Below the pieces are notes generated by a model, which saw only the letters and a program-made list of their open reading frames with translations, did no database searches and was not told the origin of the DNA. The translations under genes were made by a program, and so were the position numbers. DNA of 64,000 nucleotides from Callorhinchus milii (lineage: Eukaryota): contig NW_024704742.1 in assembly GCF_018977255.1 (NCBI RefSeq), positions 52,144,001 to 52,208,000 of the forward strand, written 5' to 3'. Shown one piece after another: positions 14,231 through 27,722 of this stretch (the first letter of the stretch is position 1; the number at the start of each line of letters is the position of its first letter).

Positions 14231-17200
14231 TCCTGCAGAACCCTTCCTGCCCTTCCAATGTATAAACCCAAACCTTAAACAAAGTACAACTTTCTCAGTT
14301 TCCTCCCCCTAACACCTACTGGCCCTTACCTGAAAAGGAAATGGGTAAAACATTCAAGAATAAATCTGAATGCTAGTTAGTATTAGAAGGAACCAAGGCA
14401 GAAGATGAGAGCAGAAAGCAAAGTAGGCCGAAGTATGACCAAGCAAAATAGCAGGAGTATTGCATATTCGTTTCTGCGTGTCTCCCAATTTACAAAGCTG
14501 CTTCAGTATAACAGACGGTGGCATGAACCAGGAGGCACCAACTTCTAATGCTGAGCATGGATTACATCTCCAAGACTCAACTTAAAAACAAGGTATTTAG
14601 GGTACTTATTACACCAACTATTCCAATTTAGGTTTTACATCAACGAATTGCGTATATGCCAAAAGATTTTAAAATATGTGGAAGTTACTTTATCCCCAAA
14701 GTTTTCTGGTGATTATAACCCTGCAAACATGCAGATTTACTGGATTTTAAAACCCTAGTCAGATTTCCCTTGTGCTACTGAGGCTTTGACGTGACATGGT
14801 TATTATTCTTTATGAACAATTCCTCAAAAGTACAGTCACCTTACATCAATACCGGACTGAAACACAGCTTGGAACCATACAGAACTTTATAAATTCAGCT
14901 TTGGCCATTTAACACTTTATAGGTTATTGAGTCTTTTAAACTTTGCCCAAAGGTGTGTTTGCTCTCAAGTACTTTACCTAAGTGACTGTTTTCATGGTTG
15001 AGCAGCAAATGTCAGTAAGCTATTCAACCATGGGAGCCTGAATCTTACTTCCAGACATTGTGAACTTCCAGCAGGGATTAATGGATAGTGAGCTGGACTT
15101 CTAACCCTGGCTATTTTTCGTTTCCCTAATGCAGGATGCTGAGACAAATTGAGGCAACCACAGAAGGCCTTTCATTCCACTACTACCCACCCCCATCCCT
15201 TCCCAGGCTAGAATCAGCTAACTTAGACCATGGATCAAACTTAAAACTTTACTCTTTGGTTTGACTTATTGAATGCACTCGCCAAACTGTTGGAGGAGGC
15301 ATCGGTTGGTTGGTTGGTTTTCTAAAAGAATCTGACTGTTTCAGAAGATTAATACACAATGTTTTTCTCTTTTGCAATTTCAATTCTGTTTCAAATGTGA
15401 CACAATATATTGTATTACTTGCTGTCCTTCAGCTCCAACTATCAGAAAAATAATTAACACATCGTAGAATAAATCTTAAAATGTTCTCTTATTTATTTAT
15501 TGTGTAGATTGAAGACATGATGTTACTATCTATGAAGAGAAAAACTTTAACAATTCACTCAGATCCTCCCTTTTTTGCATTACAAAAAGCTCTTCACGTG
15601 CCTTTCACACTCTCATAAATCAACATGTTTGATATAGTTGCTGATGCTACAAATAATCTATAGCAACCAATTCAGCGAATGGGTGCTGCTTTACACAAAA
15701 AAACATTTTGAAAGGCCTTTTATGTTGTAGACTTTGGTTTCAAATGGGGTTTTCAATAAGGTTAACAGCAAGAAAGGTGATGAGAAAAGCTGCTAGTTAA
15801 ATAAGACATTAAATAGAAGTTAAAAAATTTGCAATTCAAAAGAGGAGAAAAAAGTTAGAAATGTTACTTTTCTACCTCTCACAAAGCAAATTACACAAGT
15901 AAACTGCTTGTGAAACATACAATTGCCAGAGTACTAAAACATCCAATTGTATCTGTCAAAAATAAGCAGCTTTTTACTAATGGCATGAGATAAATAACAG
16001 AAAAATATTTTCCACTTTTTTTCCTATAAAGGAGCAGACATATGATCTAAGACTAAATACTTACATTAAAAAAAATACCTTAGAGAGGAAAACAATAAAA
16101 AGAGTAATAGGCTGGATCTCATGCTTAATGGGGATGGACTTGGAAGAAATTTAACAAAATTAAAATCTAAAATGCAAGTGGGATCTCAAGGCATTGGTGG
16201 TAGGGAAGATAAGGAAGTAACAGAAGCCTAAAAGGGTATTAGTGAAATGTAACTGTAGAATGGATATAAGAAAAATTAGTGATAAATGAAAAAGTAATAA
16301 ATGTTTGTAATCTTTTATCAAGCAAGATAAACAAAGAAAACATTGGAGTTATTCAAGATAAAATTAAATGTCATGATGGAAGCGATGAGCTTTGGTGAGC
16401 TGAATGAATAACTACAAGGAATCAAATTATACAAGTTAACTAAAATTTGGCTAGCTATTCTTAAACTGTTTTCTCTTTTGATCAGACTTTCCTAAACTAA
16501 TCATCGGTTTAGTTTGATTGGCAAACCAAGGTTGTTTTAATGGGATGAATTAGTTGTCTTGTTGCCATTCAATTAAGGGAGGTGTCCAGTCGTAATCAAC
16601 TGTACAGACAATAATGATATTCATGGGTGAAGAAACTGTGGGGATCAAATTTTCATCCTCTTGGCCTGTGTAGTACACTGGAGTACCAATGTGCTGTATT
16701 ACTCCACTGTTTTCCCAGTAGCCAACACTAATTCTATATACTACAAGTCAACGGGTGTCTGGAATATCATTTTTAAAAATGAAGGGAAATTGTGAAAGTA
16801 CGAGCAGGAACATGTGATCAAGTATTTTGAGCTGTTTTACTTGTTTTACTTTGTATATTTTGAACACTCTTTCAAGTAAAACTTCATGTGCACAGTGCGT
16901 ATGAAGGTTGTGCATCTCCCTCATGGGAAGGTGAGCTATATATTAAAACTGTGATATTTGTTAGTCATAATAAAAATCTAAATTATTCCATCTGATCATT
17001 GATTACAAAAGATCTTTTAACTTGCTTTTTTTCAACTGGGTCAATATTCAGCATAAACGTTTCCGCATGTGTTTAAATGAGCAATTATAACTTGACTTTG
17101 CATAGTTACAATACGTTAAGATTTTTTGTGATAAACCTATACAAAGATGCTTCACTTTGGGCACACACAAACTAACTCCACGCCCCCTTAAGGCACCTCA

Positions 17201-17445
17201 CAGCTAGTCTATTCTGGCAATTAATTTATTATTTTCAGAACACAGTGAAAGCCTTGTTTTCAGGCCATTCATAACTTTATAAATCTGCCCTGCACGTGAA
17301 TATGTGCATCTGTGGACCGTAAAAAATCTTCTCACTCAAGCGGTTAAGTAGCCTGACACCTTTCTGATTAATAACTGCTAAAAGAATAAGATCAGAAGCA
17401 AAATAAATGATCATTTAATAGAGAAAGTAACAAAACAGCCCTTTA

Positions 17446-17553
<108 letters not shown>

Positions 17554-17689
17554 TTATTGCTGGATCTAGACAAACCCATTTATCCATCTTTCATATTTTT
17601 CTACCAACAAAAGCATCTGTTTCCATACTGTGCAATTCAGTCCCCAATGGACTGAACCCCATGCTAAAGTTGCTCCCTGCGGCACTCAC

Positions 17690-17746
17690 CTTGTGGTATA
17701 ACCTATTGTTTTCCCATTCTAATAACTTCTCGATCGATCTTCGTGT
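17690..17746 (-). CDS. CHIC2: CHIC2 coding exon 4 (TRRSIEKLLEWENNRLYHK), 57 nt
   Basis: Acceptor cttccag| and donor |gtgagt. Peptide matches CHIC2. Confidence 0.96.
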
Positions 17747-19689
17747 CTGGAAGACAAATGAGGTAGAATTTTACTCTTGACTGGTTTTTGAAAAACTTTG
17801 CAGTGCAGCTGCTTGTGTGAATGGAAAAGGCAGAGAGGTGTTGGGACAGTGACTGAATGCAGGGTGGTCCTATGCCACAGGCCTTGTGTGTTGTCAAAGC
17901 ACCTTTGGTGTTAAATAGTAACTAGAAATAGAAATGCCTCTCATTCCCCTCCTCCCCACTTGGCAAGCTTTTAAAGGGCTTTTAGCAGTGACAAAGGAGA
18001 AAATTATTACTTTTTAAAATAACTTTCATTCAAATATTACATTAATTGCTAAAGGTCACCCTAAAAATGCATGCATGGAATTCCAACATTAATGACAGCA
18101 ATTGATATTAAATTCAGAATACCATACTTAGAAGTTGTTGCAAAGATGACATTTAATTATACATACACTTCCAAAAATATCGGTGCTCGGATGTCTGTAA
18201 AAAAGACAAGTTCACCAAGAACACATTTATCTAGAATTAAAATCCTTTAAATCTGGCATCAGATCAAAAACCTTTGCAAAATCTAAAATACAATTATATT
18301 ATTTTCTTGAAATCATATTAAATCTTTTTAATTAGTATCAAAAATCATAAGTCGGATTTAAAAAAAAACATAATTTAAATTTTCTTGTTCGAAAAGACAC
18401 ACTTTCCATTAGATTTAGCTTCAAACACAACCAAATGTAGGGACTGGAGAACTGCATCTCTTATCCCAAATGAACTTATTACGGTTTAAAAATCATAGAT
18501 CATTCTTAAAACTCTGCTTGCTCTAGCACAATGAAGTGAAAACCATTAGATATTGAATTTGCATTGCACTTCATCTTATTTATACAGTCTCATTTTCAAG
18601 AACACGATTTTAGATTTCCTCATTATGTACGTGAATCTGAATTATAGATAACACAATATTGGACACAGAGCATGATTATAAAACACTGGATTTACACCCC
18701 TCATATCACTCGGGAAAAAAATGACATCATTACATATAAAGAGAACTTAGTCCTTGACGGCACCAGAGAAATATTGTTTTTTGAGAAAAGAAAAGGAGAA
18801 GGGGGGAATAAGTGATGAAGCCAGGTGCCAAAATAAGCCTCTTCAACTGCAGGTGCAGAAAAGCCATTAGACATTGCCCTGTAGTTCAACTGCACACCAC
18901 TCATGCAGCTGCTGCTAACAAAGTATATTGCTGTTTAAAATGATGACAGCTCAAAACAAAACAGGTAAGGCATGTAGTTACTCCTATTGCAGCTTCATAA
19001 GAATTCAGCAAAAGTGTACCATTTTTTAATAGACTGTTAATTTATCAAATCTTTGGCTTGTATCATCATTTAAGAAAAAGACTGTAAAAATCATACAAAA
19101 TAGAACAATTCTCCCCGAAAGGCAGAATTTAGTTAACCCATTAAAAGTGACTGACATGCTTCTCAAAACGTTGTTAGCAAATGCTTCAGCTTGTTCAACA
19201 GGTGGAAGTTTGTAGTGTTAAAGTCTTCTGAGAAATTAATGTCTGTTCCATTCTAAAATATACTACTTGTGAATATTGAACACTTTGGAGACTTAATTCT
19301 CTGCAATTCTAAACACAACAAAAACAGTTATACGGACATAACATGAGACTCCCATATTAAAGACATGTATTGCTTGTTCAATCATACAAATGGAAAGCAC
19401 ATACATGTAACAGATAACAAGCATTATTACCATGTTCTTTAGTTGGTGTGAAGATAAGACTAAGCGTCCAAAATCCATAGCTGCAGATATATATAAGTTT
19501 CCAACACTGGATACAATAAATGTTCCTCAAACAAATAATTTGACAAACAAGTGAGCAGCTCCAGTCTTTGTTACTTTGTACTACAAACTGGAAAGTCAAA
19601 ACTTTGAAGATGCCAGAAAAACACAACTAATTCTCAACTGTAGAGTTTCTCTGAAGTTGGGACTATGAGAGCAAGGCAAAAGCCATGTA

Positions 19690-20125
19690 TATAGTACAGG
19701 TTTATCCATTGGGTTTAGCGTCAGGACGAGTGAGACTTATCAGAAGATTTTGTAAATAAGGGAGAATAAACGAAACATTTCCAAAAACTAAGGGGATTAT
19801 AAAGTTGAACAACAAATACAATTTCAGCCGTCAGAAACGCTTTACTCAGCAATTTATCAAAGAGCTTAAATACTAGGGAAAACATCTCAAAAATAGAATG
19901 TCAGAAGTAAGTGAAGTCAGGCACAAGTTTTTTTTAAAAAAAGGATGTCAGACTTATGGAAAGGTTGGTGAAGCAAATAGTTTCAAATAGATTTAGGAGG
20001 GCACTGATGCATTTTCTGGAGAAAGACACTGAAGGATATAGTGCAAAATCATGGAGGTAGAGATGTCTTTCAAAAAAGGACACATTTGTTGGTCTTAATG
20101 CAGTCTTTCTGTTGCTAAAATGTCT
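19690..20125 (+). mobile_element. Degenerate CR1-like LINE 3' end
   Basis: ACTAGGGAAAACATCTCAAA..GTTGGTGAAGCAAATAG..TTTAGGAGGGCACTGATGC pattern. Confidence 0.5.
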
Positions 20126-21369
20126 TGTTTTCTTTGAAAATGCTGTTAGAAAAGCTTGAATTGAAATGCATCTAACAACTCCAAATGTTTTTTGTGAATA
20201 CCGGAACAGTATCCAACTATGGTCAGATGAAAATAGTTATTTAACTATTTTAAGGTAGCTTTTTTTATATGTAATCTGTTTGGATGTATAGGATATGAAA
20301 GCTATGGTGACATTCGTTTTACAATTTTAGTTTGTGTAAAATAAAAAGAAGTTTGGGGAGTGTAATTAACATTCAGTTCAGTCATTCTAGTTCTTGTCTA
20401 GCTCCCAAAGCTTTGTTAAAATTTGCCATTCTGAAGGCTGGAGGGAAATCGATTTGATTCTAATGGTACCATGAAAAGAACATGATCTAACTGCTTTCAG
20501 CCCTCCGTAAATCTGTACTTGGTCTTTATCACAATGCTACCCCAATTTAAAAAGCACTGAATGTCTCGTCAATGACTTTGTGAAACAGACAAGGAGCGGA
20601 CATAAAAATTCCAATAGTTGTTTAAGCAGCAAAGTTCATTTGCATCACAGCGAATCTGAAAAGGCCTGACCTCTCAAACCGCCTCTCAGGTCTATGAAGT
20701 TGTAGCCTTGACAAGCTTGCATTGACAGAGCTCATTGACTCTGAAAGGCTACTTTATCAATGGAAAAAGACGGTACTACGTTTTTCTATTTCAAACTGGC
20801 ATCTGCCTGCCCACCCGCTGCTGATCCGAAGGTGACACTAATACAAAACTGCAGATTCTACTCCTCAGCATCCCTTCAGTACTGATGCTAAGTAAAGGAT
20901 ATACCTAATTTTTGTTTTTGTCAATGCTGGCCACCTGTATTCTACATTAGTTGTATTTCTCAACAAAAGTGAATTCCAAGTGAGCTATTGGTGGCAATCA
21001 CATTACAGGCTAGAACAAAAACTTTGACACAAGCTGCAAGACTGTTCAAGCATGATAACTGAAGCTTCATGAAACACAAATTGCAAATGACCGAACCACA
21101 ATAAAGGGGGTGGGGGAAGGGTTCTACAAATTACAAAAATACAATTTCCAGCAAGCTTGTCAGCATACATTACGCCAAACTAAGACATAGTATCAGGAAA
21201 TTAATGTTCGCAGTTGATCTCCCAAATTTATGATCTACCCATTTCCCCCTACTCATCTTTCATAAAGATGTACATTAATGTTTATCAATTTCAAATAGTG
21301 CATAAAATTTGTTTAAAAGGGATTGCACATTACCCAATTCAGTAGCTGCAGACATGCAATACAACATAT

Positions 21370-21990
21370 GCTGGCTCCCTAGATGGCTTAGTTGTAAAAG
21401 CATTGCAACATTTGACTACACAGATCAGAAAGGTGCAAATTCAAATCTGTACTGAATGAGCTGATTGCAGCCAGAGTAGCAGTGAGGGTACTATAATTAG
21501 TTTCATTAAACCTACGTCATGGAAGGAAAATCAGTCAGGATTCTTTTGTGATAGTATCCAGTGGTCTATTACTTATGTGATATGCATATGTGGGTGCCAG
21601 GGGAGGACAACGTTAAGCTATACCCTGTGCAACTGAATGGCACTGCAACACTCACCGTTAAACTCACCTCTTGGCCTATTGGAGGCTATTACAAGTGCCC
21701 GTGGAATTCAGTGTAAGGAAAAAGGAGTTAGCTAAATGCCTTCAGAAGAAGTGATGGGGAGAGGAGAAACTTTGAATATATATGCTTGAAATAGAAAGAT
21801 GCAGTTCTAATTCTATAAATTTGTTGTAAAAATGCTGTTTTAAAGCAGCCCGATGGCAGAATGGATACAACTGTAGCTTATGGCCATACTGAGTGGGTTA
21901 GTCATAGCCAGGCTGCACGCACGAAAGGTTACATTTGTCCCGGCCTTCCCAGGGCTAGGGAGGGGAAAATCACTGCAACAACCAGGCCGG
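21370..21990 (+). mobile_element. Old SINE-like family, two degenerate copies; minus-strand relatives at ~15060-15290 and ~46315-46480
   Basis: Shared motifs GAGTTAGCTGAT..AGCC, ..CTACAATT.., GGGCTAGGGAGGGGAAAATCAG, TATCCAGTG. Confidence 0.45.
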
Positions 21991-24900
21991 GCCAACAAGT
22001 CCCAATGATAATGGCAGGAGTCCCAACTGAAGGGTGGTACATTTTAACTTCAGCCTCAACTAATATTTGAATTTGCCTGGGTTGTTGGAAGAGTTTCCCC
22101 AAATATTAGTCAGGATGACAGATGAAACACTGAACATCCTGTGAAAGAAATAAAAGACTGGGAGGGAAAGGGAAGTAAAACTATGGGGATGATTATTTTC
22201 ACTCCTTGGAATTTATATCTCCCGTTGGGTGAACTTGAGTGGCATTTTACAGTAAGTGAAAAGGCTGCTATCTAATTTCTCAGGAGCAAGCACGAAAAAT
22301 CAAATAGACAAATGACCAACCAAGAACTTTTAAATGATGCTTTTTGTGTTATTAAAGAGCTGATGACTGAGTGTGAAATAAAGTTTAAAAAATGCCACTT
22401 TAGTTAGAGCTACGTGCACGAAATCAGTTGCGAATTCAGAATTCTTTTCAGCCAAAGAGCAATGGGGAGTGGAAAGAACAAGTGAAGCTTCCAGCTTTGA
22501 ATTGCTCTGCCATTAAAAGCATGTTACATTGTTGATCTTAAGAAGAAATGTTCATTAAGGAAATAACAGTTGAATTCTCAGCTTTTGAATTGAAAGGTTT
22601 ACAGCTATGAGTTAATAATGCGTCATTACTATTCAAATATTTGTTACAAAAACAAGGGTTGCATAAAGAATATGTTTAATAGCTTCAGAATACAAGAATA
22701 ATGTTAATGTTAAAACAAATTCAACTGCTGATCTCCTTAGCTCCACGTTAAAAATCAATTCAAATAATCAACACTGCCTTTACAAAGTTATGGAAAGGAT
22801 TTTCAATTGCACCTGAAAGTACTATATAAAACAAAAGGAGAAAGTATAGGGCAAGCTGCTCTGCATATCAAACGAACAACTCAGTGAACTAAAAGGAATT
22901 TCCTCATCTCCAATAATGCATCTTCTTTACAGCCTGACAGGTGACAAAAGCATTTGCACGTGCAGCCTAATTAATCATTGCCCTTGACATTTATAGTGAT
23001 TTATAGTGAGAAGCAGGTGAAAAAGTGAACAATCAACAGTTAACTTTTTACCCAAATGGAGGTAAAATGCCTGTAATTCACAGCAAAGAAAAAAAACTCT
23101 CAATCTCTACCTTATTTTTAAAAAATGCCATATATAAAATAATGGCAGTTAACTGAACATATTTAAACAGAAATATTACCGTAACACACCTTTGTGCAAA
23201 AAGACAAATACTTCATTAACCAAAATGTCAATCATTTTTATGCCTAAACCATTTTTAAAAACTATTTTTTACATACAGAACTACATTTCAGTTAGGGACT
23301 TCTAAGAAAACAGTATTTTATAATCGTACATTTGAAAAACTGACCAAATTAGCATAAGTGAACAGTCCTTTCCTACTTCCCTGAAAAAGCACCACTATAT
23401 TTTTTCAACTTTTGTAAAGATGGAATTACAAAATTGTGATGAATTGAAAACATTTATGCTGTTTACTGCCATTGGAGGCATTGTCCTCAGAGTTTATCCT
23501 ACAGAACTGGAAACCACTTTTAAATGAACAGATTTACTTATTTTTAACCCAAATGCATATCTATGTATTTTAAACAGTCATTTCAAAATAGGACATATGG
23601 GTTAGAAAGCATAATGACACTCAAATGTACTGTGGCACCGAATAAAAGAACCCAAGTTCAAGCCTATCATTTCCCAAAACATTTCCTATGTTTGTCTTGG
23701 TGTTGGGAAAAAATGTGCAATTCACTTCAAGATCACACAGTAAATTTGGGCCAGTTCTAATTCACTTCCTATCAGACAATGACAAACCAAATTGGTTGGG
23801 GGATGCGGGGTGAAAGAAAAGAGATTTTGCAGGAGTACGAAGAGGTGGGAAGGGAAGAACACAAGCAATTTTAACCACTATCCTGCAACAAAGTATGCAA
23901 ATAAAAGGCAAAAACAATACTGGCCCATTAACTGTGAGGTTCTCCCTTCAATGTTCAAATATAGGGGCAATATAAATTTTCTAGGTTTACATATAAAGAA
24001 TGTCTACTTGTGTCGAGATACTGAAGGGAAGCTAATACTTATAAAACGGAGATCCCCAGTTAATTTGTAATAAAATTAACTGAGGATTACAAATTCACAA
24101 ATTACAGCAAATTCACCTCCAAGAAAGGAGAAAAACTGAAGAAAATATCAACCTTCTGTGAAATCCTACAAGCCATTTTTTAAAGTTACAATTTATAGTA
24201 ATGCAGTCCACTCTCAAATCAGTTGCCCTTACCACATCCGTTTATCTTTTCTATGCAACCTCACACTGCATATTGCCAGGGAATTTGGGTCAGGCAACAG
24301 GATTTTTCTAACCCCTTTCCTTCGCACAAACATGACATAACTCTATGATTCTAGTTTACCATGATTAATTTGCGCAATCAAATTTCAAAATCCATATGAA
24401 CTATGAATAAAGATTAAACAATCCAATTCGGCAAAGAAAATGCTCATTAATACCCACAGGCAAATGGGAGCTACAGTTGTCAGCGACATAAAATATTAGG
24501 TGCATGGTCAAACTGGCTCAGTTGTGATTGCAGTGTTCCTGTAATCAACGGTGAAGCAGAGAGGTAAAGATGGGTGTCATTCACATTAATACGACAGTGG
24601 ATCCAAGTCTGTTGATGATGTCACCAATGGGGAGTATACAAATAAGGGAAAGAAGATAACCTGGGGTGGAGCACTATTATAGGGAATGTTGCAAGTGACT
24701 GAACAGGGATAGGACAAGAAATCATCACAGAATATATTGGGACAGGCAAGAATGGAACCAGAAAAGTTTGGTGCCGTGGAGGTGCACCAAGAGGAAGGTT
24801 ACTGGACAATGATAGAGTGGTTGCAGAGAGATTGATGACAAGGAGGTACTTTTAATATAAATTAAACGCTAATCTGCTTACCCTCGAAAGAAAAAGGTTA

Positions 24901-25475
24901 TATGCCAAAGCTTTCTTCCCCCACACAAAATGTATTTTAGTCAAGCATACTTTACAATAACAGATTTAACTACTGCTGTTTACATTCAGGGTAAACTACA
25001 AATTAACCCCAGTGGATCAAATAAACAACAATAACAACAAGATTACATTTGCATAGTGCCTTTAAGTTAACTGTCCTGCTGATGCAGGTTGGATCATACC
25101 ATCTCAGCATTTAAACATTGTGATCAGAGAAACTATGTACAATGGAGCCCTGTTACAATACGGTGGTTGGGAACTATAAAATCCCAACCTGTTCTATAAC
25201 AAGGCATGACAGTTGGTTTCACTGTGTATGTGAGCAGCCAGTGGACTCACTCCCTGTGTACCAGCTGTTTGCCACACTATAAAATGGCTGAATTCTGAGT
25301 CATCAGGTCACCGCTATCACTTAAGTGTGCTGCGCATATGCAATGTGGAATAACGGACCTCAGTGGCAAGCGAATGACCCAGATGTCTTTTTGTGCAAAA
25401 CATGATCGGCTGCACACACTTTGGATTACACACAGGGTTTTTTTTAAACAAAAAAATGCAACAAGAGCTACAGGT

Positions 25476-25568
25476 CATCAACATCGATTGTAGTAAATGG
25501 AGGAGATCTTAAAATATTTCAAGATAACTTACTCTTTTACTAAGACAGATTACTGGCCACATGCTGCA
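25476..25568 (-). repeat. 93-bp duplicate of 27507-27599 (3' end of CHIC2 exon 3 plus donor and intron flank)
   Basis: 91/93 identical by manual alignment. Confidence 0.95.
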
Positions 25569-27542
25569 CTCCAATAGAAATGCGTTTAGGTGGGAATTTG
25601 TCCTATGAATAAAACCCTAGGATTTGGTTGGTCCCTGAAGCAACATGGGATGTCATCATTTCAAACATCTAAGCACCAGAAGATTTCTAAAATTAGACCT
25701 CACCTTTCTTGGGAGATATTAAATCACAGAGACTGCAGCTCCTTCTAACTCAAGGGACTCACTTTAGGTTTCTAGCCAAGGAGTCACAGACAAACCAAAC
25801 CTGGGGAGGTAATGTGCCTGATCCAGATACTGAACCTTTTTAGCATCGTCTGCCAATCTGGATCTGAGCTCCTCACTTTTAACCTTCATGTCTTTTCCCA
25901 TTTTTAATCTTTTCCGTTTTCTCCCACTTTTATTGTTTGTAATTTACTTTTACTTCTCTGAAAATTTAAATACAAATATGACATATTGCAGACCATATAC
26001 TTCCGTCATCAAAATTCATCCTAAAGAATAATTAGATTCATTGACTACTCAACTCATTGTTTGTGAGACACTGCTTGTGCAGATATTCACACTTTTCCTT
26101 TATAAGTTCCTTCAGAATATTCACTGCACTTTAAAGTAACGTTTTGATAAGCACTTTGAGACGGTTTGACGTAATAAGGCTGCTTATCAAATGCAAGGAT
26201 TATTTTATTATAAGTGTGGCGTCAGTGCATTGTAATCCCAATCAGAGTTCAGATATACATTCTATTATATGAGCTAAATAAATAAAAATTTAATAAGACC
26301 TTTCCGTTTGGGAACCGAATGATCCACTTAAACGCTAAAGGTACTATCCTGTGCAAGAACATGTTCCAATATAAATTAATACATTTCTTAAGTAAAAGCA
26401 ATTTAGTTTAAGTCTGCTGATATGTTCCTGAAAATGCCTTCCAAAATCAATCTACAAACCTTTCCAGCAGTATTGAGTATTGCACATACAGTATCATACT
26501 ATAAGGCTTGTTATTGCAGCCAGTAAAATTACTCAATTAATAGTTTGCAATGTTGCTAGTATCTAGATGCAAATCTTTGCACAAAGTAATCTTAATAATT
26601 TAGAAGAAAAGAATGAATAAATTTATGGAGGCTTACAGCAGCTTTCACATGGTCCTCATACAAAGCTTCATTTAAAGCTCTCATCTCAGTATGTTACTGA
26701 AACATCTGAGGATGAGGCACAATGGAGACTCCAATCTGATAATACACTGCGGTTTTCTACTAAATGCTCACTGGGCATATTGCCAAAAATTCCTTAAGAA
26801 GGGATCTCTTGGCATAGCCTCATACATTAACACTGACTGATTTCACAAAAGATCCTGCAATGTAAATACTGTATATGCAATCAAACCCAAAGATTAAGTA
26901 CACATCATTTCTGTGAGATTTGGTTCCTTCTGACTTTATTGTTTGACAGCATTTATTATAAATTAAATGTAATCTAAGTTGGTTTGCAGCATTAATGAAA
27001 ACAAAATTATCCACATGTTATTTGATTTCAACTGTAAGGCCTGAAAATTATTTTAAAAATAATTTAACATAACATATTGTCAATCAATTTCAACCTCTCC
27101 ATTAAATTCTGAAGTTACCCAAGATTAGGTTTAATGACTGTCAAACCACAGTTAGTCAGATATTTATTCAATTCTGTTTCTAGTATCAAATGTAATTTAA
27201 TTATGAAATGTATGTAATTGTTATATATTTTAGAAAATCATTACAAGATCAATATTTCCTAACAATTCATAATCCGGAAGAAAGTCTTCAAAAAAAAACT
27301 TTAAAACATTAATCATCATTTAATAAAATTAGGATATTAATTCTCTTAGATTTTCTTTGAAAGATGATCTGGACAGTAGGTGTAAACTTTGGATTAATTA
27401 TAAACAGGTCTAAATGACCAAAAATGGGTATGAATACTTTGAAGTATTCAAATGTCCTGCACAAACATAATTTGGAATAGACTGAGAAATTATTTTGTCT
27501 TCAAAGCATCAACATCAATTGTAGTAAATGGAGGAGATCTTA

Positions 27543-27722
<180 letters not shown>

